This document shows positions 1 through 8,661 of a stretch of DNA of 64,000 nt, one piece after another. Positions within the stretch are counted from its first letter, which is position 1. Each line of letters opens with the position of its first letter. Both the position numbers and the translations under genes were made by a program. Origin of the DNA: Phycisphaerales bacterium (GTDB taxonomy: Bacteria; Planctomycetota; Phycisphaerae; Phycisphaerales; UBA1924). Location: contig JBBDXI010000070.1 in NCBI GenBank assembly GCA_040902425.1, forward strand, positions 259 through 64,258, read 5' to 3'. The notes below the pieces were generated by a model that was given only the letters and a program-made list of their open reading frames with translations, made no database searches and was not told the DNA's origin.

Positions 1-2327
1 CAGGACGCGCAGATGTGGAAGCCACCCTCGAAGCCGGGGAGGCCGTCATCCATGCGGTAGCGGTAGACGGTAGGGCCCTGGCGGAGGCCCTCCTCGACGG
101 CGCGGACGGTCCCGGCGAAGCGCGGGTCATCCGCCGGGAGCAGGCCGCTGAGGCCCACCGCGAGCGCCGCGGCGTCGAGGTCGGTGCCGTCGTACGCGGC
201 GGTGAAGGCGCCCACATCCTCCTTGAAGCCCTTGGAAAGGACATCGGCGGCGATGGCGGCGCGGAGCTCCTCCCAGGCGGGGCGGGAGCGGCCGAGGAAG
301 CGCTGGGCGACGTCGATGGCGCGGTCCACGGCGAGCCAGCACATGACCTTGGAGTGGGTGTGGTGGCGCCGGGGGAGGCGGATCTCCCAGATGCCGTGGT
401 CGGGCTCGTGCCAGCGGCGGGAGACGGCCTCGACCATGGCCTCGACGAGTCGCCAGTGCTCGCTGGAGAGGGGCGCCTCGCGCAGGACGAGGAGGTGGAC
501 GAGCTCGACGATGGGGCCGAAGACGTCGAGCTGCACCTGGCCGCTCGCCGCGTTGCCGATGCGGACGGGGCGGGAGCCGCGGTAGCCGGAGAGCTCGGCG
601 ATCTCGGCCTCGGGGCCGAGGTTGTGGCCGGCGAGGGTGTACAGGGGCTTGAGGCGCTCGGGGGACTGGCAGCTGTCCACGACGCCCAGGACCCAGTCGA
701 GGTACTCCATGGCCTCGGCGTGGCTGCCGAGCTTGACGAGGGCGGCGGCGGACATGGCGGCGTCGCGGAGCCAGCAGTAGCGGTAGTCCCAGTTGCGGAC
801 GCCGCCGATGTGCTCGGGGAGGCTGGTGGTGGCGGCGGCGGCGATGGCGCCGGTGGGGCCGTAGCAGAGGGCCTTGAGGACCAGGGCGCTGCGGCGGACG
901 AGGTCGGGGGCGAGCCGGGGGAGGGAGAGCTGCTCGGCCCAGCCGGACCAGAAGCGGTCGGTGAGGCGCTGGCGCTCGGCGGTGCGGGGCGTGCCCTCGC
1001 GGATGGTGCCGATGCCGTAGCGCAGCTCGAGGGCGACGGGGCCGGCGGAGAGATCGACCACTCCGCGGGCGGTCTGGTGGATGCCCTCCTGGACGATCTC
1101 CCAGGAGACGCCGGGGGCGCGCAGGACGATGGGGTCCACCGTGTCCTCGATCTCCAGGCCGCCGTCGAGGACCTTGACACGGGTGGCGACGCGCCCGAAG
1201 TCGATGCGCGGGGCGAACTCGATGAGGGCGCGCCCGGAGCCCTCGAGGATGCGGAGCAGGTCGGAGCGGCCGGCGCGCTGCACGGGGCGGCCGGCGGAGC
1301 AGTCGAAGAAGTCGGTGACGGACATCTCGGGCCAGGAGGTCCGCAGGATCATGGAGGAGCCGAGGTACTCCTGGCGGGGCGCCGCGGAGGGGACGCGGGG
1401 CTGGACGCCGAAGCGCCCGGCGGGGGGGCCGCCGAGGAGCTCGGCGAACATGGCCGCGGAGTCGAGGCGGGGGAGGCAGAGCCAGGTGAGGGTGGCCTCG
1501 GCGTTGATGAGGGCGATGGTGCGCTGGTCGGAGATGATGGAGTGGCGTTCGATGGGAGCGGCGGCGGCGCCGACGGCCCAGTCGGTGCGGAGCTCGGCGA
1601 GGCGGGCGAGGAGGCGAGCGACGTCGCGGTGGGAGCGGAGGCGGTGGCGGGCGAGGGTGTCGCCCTCGCCGATCTTGATGGCGACGTCGGGCCCGGTGAG
1701 GACGGAGAAGGCGGTCTCGTCGGTCTGGTCGTCGCCGAGGAAGATGACGGCGGAGGCGCCGACGCGCTGGCGGACGGTCTCCAGGGCGCGGGCCTTGCTG
1801 GACTCGACGACGGAGAGTTCGACGACGCGTTTGCCGTGGTGGACCATGACGCCGTCGAGCTTCGCGGGCCCGCGGAGGATGTCGCGGAGGGCGGCGTCGG
1901 CGGCGCGGTCGTCGGCGGCGCGGTAGTGGAAGGCGATGCTGGCGGGCTTGCGCTCGAGGAGGAAGCCGGGGGCGGACTGGGCGATGGCGGTCAGGTCGGT
2001 CTCGATGCGGGTGCGGAGGGCGGTTTTTTCGGGGGGCAGGGCGTCGGCGAAGCCGGGGTCGAACTCGCTGCCGTGGCTGCCGACGAGGTGGACGCTGTGG
2101 GGGGAGCCGACGAGGTCGGCGAGGGTCTTGAGGGCGCGTCCGGAGATGATGGCGACGTGGGTGGCGGGGAGGGCGGCGAGGTTGCGGATGGCGACCATGG
2201 ACTCGCGGTCGGGCTGTGCCTTGGTGGGGTCGGGGACGATGGGGGCGAGGGTGCCGTCGTAGTCGGTGGCGACGAGGAGGACGGGCACGCGGGCCAGGGC
2301 GCGGAGGCGGTCGGCGAGCTCATCCAC
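1..2327 (-). CDS. otsB: Trehalose-6-phosphate phosphatase (HAD) fused to a glycoside hydrolase family 15 (glucoamylase/trehalase-like) domain; 3' end runs off the window
   Basis: Absent from the ORF track because there is no stop in the window. My reverse translation of 2288->2220 gives VPVLLVATDYDGTLAPIVPDPTK (HAD motif DxDGTL). Reverse translation of ~600->541 gives AELSGYRGSRPVRIGNAASG (GH15-type RIGN block). The listed 15..2345 + ORF is its antisense shadow. Start is GTG 2327 or GTG 2288. Confidence 0.75.
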   Translation of the reverse strand, partial: MDELADRLRALARVPVLLVATDYDGTLAPIVPDPTKAQPDRESMVAIRNLAALPATHVAIISGRALKTLADLVGSPHSVHLVGSHGSEFDPGFADALPPEKTALRTRIETDLTAIAQSAPGFLLERKPASIAFHYRAADDRAADAALRDILRGPAKLDGVMVHHGKRVVELSVVESSKARALETVRQRVGASAVIFLGDDQTDETAFSVLTGPDVAIKIGEGDTLARHRLRSHRDVARLLARLAELRTDWAVGAAAAPIERHSIISDQRTIALINAEATLTWLCLPRLDSAAMFAELLGGPPAGRFGVQPRVPSAAPRQEYLGSSMILRTSWPEMSVTDFFDCSAGRPVQRAGRSDLLRILEGSGRALIEFAPRIDFGRVATRVKVLDGGLEIEDTVDPIVLRAPGVSWEIVQEGIHQTARGVVDLSAGPVALELRYGIGTIREGTPRTAERQRLTDRFWSGWAEQLSLPRLAPDLVRRSALVLKALCYGPTGAIAAAATTSLPEHIGGVRNWDYRYCWLRDAAMSAAALVKLGSHAEAMEYLDWVLGVVDSCQSPERLKPLYTLAGHNLGPEAEIAELSGYRGSRPVRIGNAASGQVQLDVFGPIVELVHLLVLREAPLSSEHWRLVEAMVEAVSRRWHEPDHGIWEIRLPRRHHTHSKVMCWLAVDRAIDVAQRFLGRSRPAWEELRAAIAADVLSKGFKEDVGAFTAAYDGTDLDAAALAVGLSGLLPADDPRFAGTVRAVEEGLRQGPTVYRYRMDDGLPGFEGGFHICAS

Positions 2328-3705
2328 GGCGGAGGGCCCCGATGAAGGTGTCGGCCCACTCGAAGACGTCGTGGCGCCGGACGACGGTGCGGAGGATGTT
2401 CATGCGGTGTCGGGCGTCGTCTTTGGGGAGGGCGAGGGCCTCCTCGAAGCGGGAGGCGGTGGCCTCGAGGTCGCGGGGGTTGACCAGCAGGGCCCGGCGC
2501 AGCTCGCGGGCGGCGCCGGCGAACTCGCTGAGCACCAGCACGCCGCCGGAGTCGACCCGGCTGGCGACGTATTCCTTGGCCACGAGGTTCATCCCGTCCC
2601 TGAGCGGAGTCACGGCCATGACGTCGGCGGCGCGATAGTACGCGACCAGCTCCTCGCGCTGGAGGGAGCGGCGGAAGTAATGAACGGCGACCCGCCCGGG
2701 CACGCTGTACTCGCCGTTGACGCTGCCGACCATCTGCTCGATGCGGGTGCGGAGGCGGGCGTAGTCGCCGACGCGCTCGCGGCTGGGGACCGCGACCTGG
2801 ATGAAGACCACGTCGTCCACGCCGTAGCGCCCGCGACGGAAGAACTCGCCGATGGCCTGGAGGCGGGTGTCGATGCCCTTGGTGTAGTCGAGGCGGTCCA
2901 CGGACAGGATGATCTTGCGGGAGGGGCCGATGCGGGAGCGGATGGCGTGGGCATCGCGGATGGTCGCGGGGTCGGCGGCGGCCTTCTCGTACCAGGCGGT
3001 GTCGATGGAGATGGGGAAGGAGCCGACGGCGACGATGCGCCCATCGAACTCCAGCGACGTGTCGGTGCCGTCGGCGGTGGTGAAGGCGCGGGCGGCGCGG
3101 GAGAAGTTCTGGGCGCCGGCGTGGGTCTGGAAGCCGACGAGGTCCGCGCCGAGCAGCCCCTCGAGGATCTGCGTCCGCCAGGGGAGCCAGGCGAAGAGCT
3201 CCTCGGGGGGGAAGGGGATGTGCAGGAAGAAGCCGATGCGCAGGTCCGGGCGCAGCTCGCGGAGGTAGTGGGGCACGAGCTGGAGGTGGAAGTCGTGGAC
3301 CCAGACCAGGTCGCCCTTGCGGGCCGCGGCGGCGGCGGCGCGGGCGAAGCGGCGGTTGACCTCGACGTACGGGCCCCACCAGTCCTTGTGGAACTCGGGG
3401 GTGCGGATGGCGTCGTGGTAGAGCGGCCAGAGGGTGGAGTTGCTGAAGCCGTGGTAGAAGGTCTCGACCTCGTGGGAGGAGAGGGGGACGGGCCGGACGG
3501 TGTAGCCCTCGTGGGTGGCGGGGCGCGGCGAGGAACCGGCGACGCCGGTCCAGCCGACCCAGGCCCCGCCGCTGCGGCGGAGGATCGGCTCGATCGCGGT
3601 GACCAGGCCGCCGGGGCTGGTCTGCCAGCGGGCGGAGGGGCCCTTGCCGACGCGCTGGACCGGGAGGCGGTTGGAGATGACGACGGTCCGGGACGTCGCG
3701 GCCAT
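2320..3705 (-). CDS. otsA: Alpha,alpha-trehalose-phosphate synthase (GT20)
   Basis: 461-aa ORF. It has VVISNRLPV...GGLVTA...WVGW near the N-terminus and a WVHDFHL block typical of OtsA. It sits directly upstream of the phosphatase gene. Confidence 0.9.
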   Translation of the reverse strand: MAATSRTVVISNRLPVQRVGKGPSARWQTSPGGLVTAIEPILRRSGGAWVGWTGVAGSSPRPATHEGYTVRPVPLSSHEVETFYHGFSNSTLWPLYHDAIRTPEFHKDWWGPYVEVNRRFARAAAAAARKGDLVWVHDFHLQLVPHYLRELRPDLRIGFFLHIPFPPEELFAWLPWRTQILEGLLGADLVGFQTHAGAQNFSRAARAFTTADGTDTSLEFDGRIVAVGSFPISIDTAWYEKAAADPATIRDAHAIRSRIGPSRKIILSVDRLDYTKGIDTRLQAIGEFFRRGRYGVDDVVFIQVAVPSRERVGDYARLRTRIEQMVGSVNGEYSVPGRVAVHYFRRSLQREELVAYYRAADVMAVTPLRDGMNLVAKEYVASRVDSGGVLVLSEFAGAARELRRALLVNPRDLEATASRFEEALALPKDDARHRMNILRTVVRRHDVFEWADTFIGALRRG

Positions 3706-3996
3706 GCAGCGTGCTCCTGGTCAGCCGTTGCGGGCCGGGCCCACGGTCGGGAGGACGAAGATAGCGCCCCGCGGGGCCCGGCCGCGGCGGCGGTGAGGGC
3801 CCTCACCGGGCCGTGAGCGCCGCCGGTGGCCGAGCGGCGGGCGCCATCACCCCCGGCGGGGCTGGCTAGACTACCCGCCTTTTGGTCCGGGCGTCACGCC
3901 CGGTCGTCGGCCGCGGCGCGATTGGCGTCCGGGGCCTGTGGGGCACGGCCGCCCGCGGCCGCCCATTCACGACGTTGAGCCGGAGTTTGAAGGTCC

Positions 3997-5529
3997 ATGA
4001 GCGATACCGCCACCGCCACCGCCGCCCCCCCCAACAGCGTGTCGATCGCCGACGCGGGCCCGAGCCGCAAGAAGCTGACGATCGAGGTCCCGGCCGAGAC
4101 GGTGTCGGGGAAGCTGCGCGAGTCGCTGGACACGCTGTCGGTGGAGGCGCAGCTGCCGGGGTTCCGCAAGGGGCGGGCGCCGCGGGCGCTGATCGAGAAG
4201 AAGTTCGGGACGACGGTGCGCGACGAGGCGAAGAAGCAGATCGTGGCCTCGGCGTACGCCAAGGCGGTGGAGGACCACAAGCTGCGGGTGGTGGGGGAGC
4301 CGACGAGCGACCTGGAGAAGATCGAGGTCGCCGACGGCAAGCCGCTGGTGTTCGACGTCGAGGTGGAGGTGATGCCGGAGTTCGGGCTGCCGGCGCTGGA
4401 CGGCATCGAGGTCAGGCGGCCGCTGCTGGATGTGACCGACGAGATGGTGGAGGAGGAGGTCCGCAAGGTCACGATCAACGAGGGGGCGCTGGAGAGCCGG
4501 GAAGCGCCGGAGCCGGGCGACTACCTGACGGGGCACGGGATCATGACCGGGCCGGAGGGGCAGGAGTTCTACAACATCCAGGGGTGCGTGGTGCAGGCGC
4601 CCGCGGCGGACAAGAAGGGCGAGGGGATGATCCTGGGCGTGAAGGTGGAGAACTTCTCGGGCCAGTTCGGGCTGCCCAAGCCCGGCGAGACGGTGACGGT
4701 CAAGACGAAGGGCCCCGAGCAGCACGAGGTCGAGGGCGTGCGGAACGCGGACCTGACGATCACGTTCAAGGTGGACCGGGTGGACCGGATCATCCCGGCG
4801 AAGATCGAGGACCTGCTGCCGCAACTGGGGTTCGCGGATGCGGAGCAGCTGCGGGACGCGGTGCGGCAGCGGATGTACCAGCGGGTGATGATCCAGCAGC
4901 AGGCGGTGATGCGGCAGCAGGTCGCCCGCCACCTGCTGGAGGGGACGGAGATGGAGCTGCCGGAGCGGCTGACGGCGCAGCAGGCGTCGCGGTCGCTGCA
5001 GCGGCAGCGGCTGGAGCTGATGTACCGGGGCGTCGAGCCGCACGTGATCGAGGAGCGGATGGCGGAGCTGCGGGCGTCGTCGGGGGAGACGGCGCAGCAG
5101 GAGCTGAAGCTGTTCTTCATCCTGGCGAAGGCGGGGGACGAGCTGAACATCGGCGTGACGGAGCCGGAGGTGAACGGCCGGATCGCGCAGATGGCGGCGG
5201 AGCGCGGGGCGCGGCCCGAGGCGCTGCGGCAGCAGCTGATCCAGAGCAACCAGGTGGGCGGGATCGTGCAGCAGATCCGCGAGCACAAGACGCTGGATGT
5301 GATCCTCTCCAAGGCACAGATCACGGATGTGCCGGCGGAGGAGTTCAACAAGCTGATGCAGGAGGAGGCCAAGGCCTCCGGGGCGAAACGCAAGGGCAAG
5401 AAGGCGGAGAGCGCGGACGAGGGCTCCAAGGCGGAGGCCGAGGAGAAGCCCAAGACCAAGCCGAAGAAGGCGAAGGATGAGGAGGATGAGGGGGAGGGGA
5501 AGGCGAAGAAGGGGTCGAAGAAGAAGTAG
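3997..5529 (+). CDS. tig: Trigger factor with a long Lys/Glu-rich C-terminal tail
   Basis: 510-aa ORF. The LPGFRKGRAP ribosome-binding signature and overall trigger factor layout are present. The last ~65 aa are a K/E-rich low-complexity tail. Confidence 0.93.
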   Translation: MSDTATATAAPPNSVSIADAGPSRKKLTIEVPAETVSGKLRESLDTLSVEAQLPGFRKGRAPRALIEKKFGTTVRDEAKKQIVASAYAKAVEDHKLRVVGEPTSDLEKIEVADGKPLVFDVEVEVMPEFGLPALDGIEVRRPLLDVTDEMVEEEVRKVTINEGALESREAPEPGDYLTGHGIMTGPEGQEFYNIQGCVVQAPAADKKGEGMILGVKVENFSGQFGLPKPGETVTVKTKGPEQHEVEGVRNADLTITFKVDRVDRIIPAKIEDLLPQLGFADAEQLRDAVRQRMYQRVMIQQQAVMRQQVARHLLEGTEMELPERLTAQQASRSLQRQRLELMYRGVEPHVIEERMAELRASSGETAQQELKLFFILAKAGDELNIGVTEPEVNGRIAQMAAERGARPEALRQQLIQSNQVGGIVQQIREHKTLDVILSKAQITDVPAEEFNKLMQEEAKASGAKRKGKKAESADEGSKAEAEEKPKTKPKKAKDEEDEGEGKAKKGSKKK

Positions 5530-5554
5530 CCTTTCAGAACCGCGAAGACCACGA

Positions 5555-5585
5555 GAGCCCCGGGAGTCCGGGGCTCTTTTCGTTT
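5555..5585 (+). terminator. Rho-independent terminator after tig
   Basis: Stem GAGCCCCGG (5555-5563), loop GAGT, stem CCGGGGCTC (5568-5576), followed by TTTTCGTTT. Confidence 0.7.
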
Positions 5586-5598
5586 GCCGACGACGACG

Positions 5599-5639
5599 GC
5601 ACTGCTGCGCGGCGGGGACGCCGCGAGCAGTGGCACCCG
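5599..5639. repeat. 41-nt intergenic palindromic (REP-like) element, copy 1
   Basis: GCACTGCTGCGCGGCGGGGACGCCGCGAGCAGTGGCACCCG. It is identical except for one base to 58772-58812. The arms CACTGCTGCGCGGCG / CGCCGCGAGCAGTG form a ~14-bp stem with one bulge. Confidence 0.65.
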
Positions 5640-5650
5640 TGGCGCGCCCG

Positions 5651-6763
5651 TCAGCCGAGGAGGAGGCCCTCGGCCATGATGCCGGGGCCGAAGGCGAGGG
5701 CGGCGATGGGGCGGGGGGCGGGGGCGCGCCGGAGGCGGTCGAGGATGAAGAGGATGGTGGGGGAGGACATGTTGCCGTGGTCGGCGAGGACCTCGCGGGA
5801 GTGGTGCAGGGCATCGGCGGGGAGGGCGAGGGACTCGGCGGCGGCGTCGAGGATGCGGGGGCCGCCGGGGTGGACGGCCCAGGCGCCGACGTCGGCAGCG
5901 CGGAGGCCCTCGCGCCCGAGCCACTCGGAGACCCACGGGCGGGTGTGCTCGCGGATGAGGTCCGGGACGCGGGAGGAGAGGGACATCTCGAAACCGTGGT
6001 CGCCGATGGTCCAGCCCATGTCGGCCGTGGAGTCCGGGATCAGGCAGGAGGCGGAGGAGCGGAGGGAGAGGGGCCGCGCGGCGGGGGAGGCCGGTTGAGC
6101 CCCCGGTGCGGCGGCCTCGAGCGGGCCGATGACGGCGGCGGCGGCGCCGTCGGAGAAGAGGGCGTTGGCGACCGACTGGCCGCCCTGGGCGTGGTACTGG
6201 TAGTGCAGGGAGCAGAGTTCCAGGGCGCAGAGGAGGACCCGCTCGCCGGCGCGGGCGAGGGCGGCGGCGATGCGCAGGCCGTTGACCGCGCCGTGGCAGC
6301 CCATGAAGGCCACGTTGGTGCGCGCGGCGGCGGGCGAGAGGCCGAGGCTCTTGATGAGCAGGACGTCGAGGCCGGGGGCGGCGAAGCCGGTGCAGGAGAC
6401 GGTGATGAGGTGCGTGATGGCGCCGGCGGGCGTGCGGGCATCGCCGAGCGCGGCCGTGCAGGCACGGGCGGCGAGGGGCGTGGCCTCGGCGGCGAAGAGG
6501 GAGAGGCGGGCGGCGGTGCCGGCGCCGCGCCCGCCCTCCGGGGCGGGGGTGTAGAAGGATTGGGTGTGCGGGCCGGACTCGGCGGGGCGGAAGAGGACGC
6601 TGCCGCGCCGACGGACGCGGGAGTTGCGGTAGAGCACGGAGAGGCGGCGCTCGTCGGTCACCGGGTCCATCACGCGGGCGAGGGCGAGGGCCTCCTCCTG
6701 GCCGACGGTGCCCTCCGGGACGGCGGTGCCGATGCCGAGGATGAAGGGGGCCGGGGCGGTCAT
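5651..6763 (-). CDS. Type III polyketide synthase (chalcone/stilbene synthase family)
   Basis: This is the C-terminal 370 aa of the listed 586-aa ORF, starting at MTAPAPFILGIG. The catalytic triad context is present: VSCTGFAAPG (Cys), AVHPGGPRIL (His), HGNMSSPT (Asn). The ATG at 6763 overlaps the upstream stop (ATGA). Confidence 0.9.
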   Translation of the reverse strand: MTAPAPFILGIGTAVPEGTVGQEEALALARVMDPVTDERRLSVLYRNSRVRRRGSVLFRPAESGPHTQSFYTPAPEGGRGAGTAARLSLFAAEATPLAARACTAALGDARTPAGAITHLITVSCTGFAAPGLDVLLIKSLGLSPAAARTNVAFMGCHGAVNGLRIAAALARAGERVLLCALELCSLHYQYHAQGGQSVANALFSDGAAAAVIGPLEAAAPGAQPASPAARPLSLRSSASCLIPDSTADMGWTIGDHGFEMSLSSRVPDLIREHTRPWVSEWLGREGLRAADVGAWAVHPGGPRILDAAAESLALPADALHHSREVLADHGNMSSPTILFILDRLRRAPAPRPIAALAFGPGIMAEGLLLG

Positions 6764-7920
6764 GGCATGGCCGGCACGCGGCCGCTCCCGAAGATGGAGG
6801 CGAGGGGCGCGGCGGCGCGCGGGGCAGCGCCCAGGGCCCTGACGGCGAGGCGCGTGAGCGGGCCGGCGCGGAGAGCGAAGGCGACGAGGGCGCAGCGACG
6901 GTGGGCGGGGCGGATGTCGCGGGCCCACCAGCGCTGCCAGGCGGTGGCGTCGGCCTCGCCGGCGAGGATGCGTGCCGCGATGCCGGCGGCGGCGTCGCCG
7001 CAGCGGAGGGCCCAGGTGATGCCCTCGCCGGTAAAGGGCTCGATGTACCCGGCGGCATCGCCGAGGAGGAGGATGCGTCCGGCGGCGACGCGCCGGCGGG
7101 TGCGGGTGAGGGGGGCGGTGCCGCGCCAGCGCGCGGCGAGGGCGAGGGGGGCCCACTCGTGCCCGGCGGATTCGAGGATGCACGCGGCCGCGGCGGCGGG
7201 GCCGGCCTCGCGGATGAGGCGCGGTGAGATGGCGGCGGCGAGGTTCGTCCGGCCATCGGGGAGGAGCACCGCGCCGACGTAGCCGCGGCGGCCGATGGTC
7301 ATGGAGACAGCGCCCGGGCGCAGGAAGGGCGGCGCGTCGAGCGTGGCGCCGAGGCCGACGCGGGTGCGCGAGAGGCGCGGCGCGGGGAGGCCAGGGAGTT
7401 CGAGGCCGCAAAGGCCGCCGGCCACCAGCACAAGCCGCGCCGACAGCGTGCGTGATGCGTTGTCGTCGCCGAGGATCACCTGAGCGTGGTGCGGGGCGGG
7501 TGAGACCGCGGCCGCCCTGGCCTCATCGAGGAAGTCGGCGCCGGCGTCGATCGCGCAGCGGACAAGGGCTGCGTCGAGGTCCTCGCGCGAGACGGCGGCG
7601 CTCCCGGCGAGCGGGAGGCGGGCGCGGGCGGGGCCGGAGGCGAGTTCGACGTGGTCCAGAGGGCACGTGCGGATGGCCCCGGGGGCCGCGGCGAGGAGGC
7701 GGCGGACGACGGCAACGCCCCCGGCGTTCAGGGTGCAGCCGCAGACCTTCCACCGGGGGAAGCGGGACCTGTCGAGCAGGAGGACCCGGCGCCCGGCGTG
7801 CGCGAGGCCGGCCGCGGCGACGGACCCGGCTGGCCCGGCGCCGATGATGACGGCATCCCAGGGGCGGCGCGCGGCCTCGGGCGCAGCGAGCGTCGGTTCG
7901 ACACGCATCGCCGTGGTCAC
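6760..7920 (-). CDS. FAD-dependent oxidoreductase (geranylgeranyl-reductase-like flavoprotein)
   Basis: N-terminal dinucleotide fold DAVIIGAGPAGSVAAAGLAHAGRRVLLLDR followed by KVCGCTL. The start overlaps the upstream stop (GTGA). Confidence 0.8.
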   Translation of the reverse strand: MTTAMRVEPTLAAPEAARRPWDAVIIGAGPAGSVAAAGLAHAGRRVLLLDRSRFPRWKVCGCTLNAGGVAVVRRLLAAAPGAIRTCPLDHVELASGPARARLPLAGSAAVSREDLDAALVRCAIDAGADFLDEARAAAVSPAPHHAQVILGDDNASRTLSARLVLVAGGLCGLELPGLPAPRLSRTRVGLGATLDAPPFLRPGAVSMTIGRRGYVGAVLLPDGRTNLAAAISPRLIREAGPAAAAACILESAGHEWAPLALAARWRGTAPLTRTRRRVAAGRILLLGDAAGYIEPFTGEGITWALRCGDAAAGIAARILAGEADATAWQRWWARDIRPAHRRCALVAFALRAGPLTRLAVRALGAAPRAAAPLASIFGSGRVPAMP

Positions 7921-8639
7921 GAGCGGCTCCAGACCATGAGCATGCGCTGGGGCCAGTGTGGGGCGATGATCGCGCCCTCGAGGCCGGCGCTGGCGGCGAG
8001 CTCCGCCAGCTCATCCGGGGTGAAGGCGGCGCGGACGGAGCGGACCGCGTCCTCGTGGACGATGCGCGAGCGGGTGAAGAGGCGGCTGGCGGCCCAGGCG
8101 AGGGTGAGGCCCGCGCGCGAGCGCACGAGGTCGCTGACCAGCACGAGGCGGCGGGCCGCGCAGCGCATGCGGTAGAGCAGCTCGACGGCGTCCTCGGCGT
8201 GGAGGTGGTGGAGGAACAGGGAGCACATCACCACGTCATATTCGCCGGGGAGCGACGCGGAGAGCGCGTCGTGGCGGAAGAAATTCACATCCACGCCGGC
8301 CCGGGCGGCCCTGGCGCGGGCGAGATCGAGGGCGGTCTCGCTGAGGTCGCAGGCATCCAGGGTGAAGTGCAGGCCCCGCCGTCGGGCGAGCCTCATCAGC
8401 CGGATGGGGATGTCGCCGGAGCCGGTGGCGACGTCCAGGATGCGCAGGGCGGTGTGGCCGGGGATGGCGGCGAGGGCGAGCAGCGGGGGCCAGAGGATGC
8501 GGTGGCCGCCGGCGAAGGCGTTGAGCCGGGCCAGGGCGCGCAGGGCGGCGGCGTGCTGGGCGGGGTCAAGGGCCGGATCGTCCATCAGTTCGCCGGTGAG
8601 GCGGCGGGCCGCGAGCGGTGCTGTGGCCTGGAGTGGCAC
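7917..8639 (-). CDS. Class I SAM-dependent methyltransferase
   Basis: This is the C-terminal part of the listed 487-aa ORF. Motif I is ILDVATGSGDIP, and the ELMDDPALDP...LRALARLN N-terminus is typical of small-molecule methyltransferases. The start (GTG 8639 or ATG 8585) is uncertain. Confidence 0.75.
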   Translation of the reverse strand: MPLQATAPLAARRLTGELMDDPALDPAQHAAALRALARLNAFAGGHRILWPPLLALAAIPGHTALRILDVATGSGDIPIRLMRLARRRGLHFTLDACDLSETALDLARARAARAGVDVNFFRHDALSASLPGEYDVVMCSLFLHHLHAEDAVELLYRMRCAARRLVLVSDLVRSRAGLTLAWAASRLFTRSRIVHEDAVRSVRAAFTPDELAELAASAGLEGAIIAPHWPQRMLMVWSRS

Positions 8640-8661
8640 GGGGTCAGCGTACCGCGCCGGG

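Noticed and set aside
15-2345. 776-aa plus-strand ORF, the longest 'gene' at the window start
   Set aside because: Its composition is Gly/Ala/Asp/Glu/Val-rich with no motifs. It is the antisense shadow of the minus-strand otsB-GH15 gene, whose translation shows DYDGTL and RIGN motifs.
3887-3903. Hairpin CCGGGCG-TCA-CGCCCGG between otsA and tig, as a possible terminator
   Set aside because: No gene ends here on either strand (the region is a divergent promoter region), and no T-tract follows the stem in either orientation.
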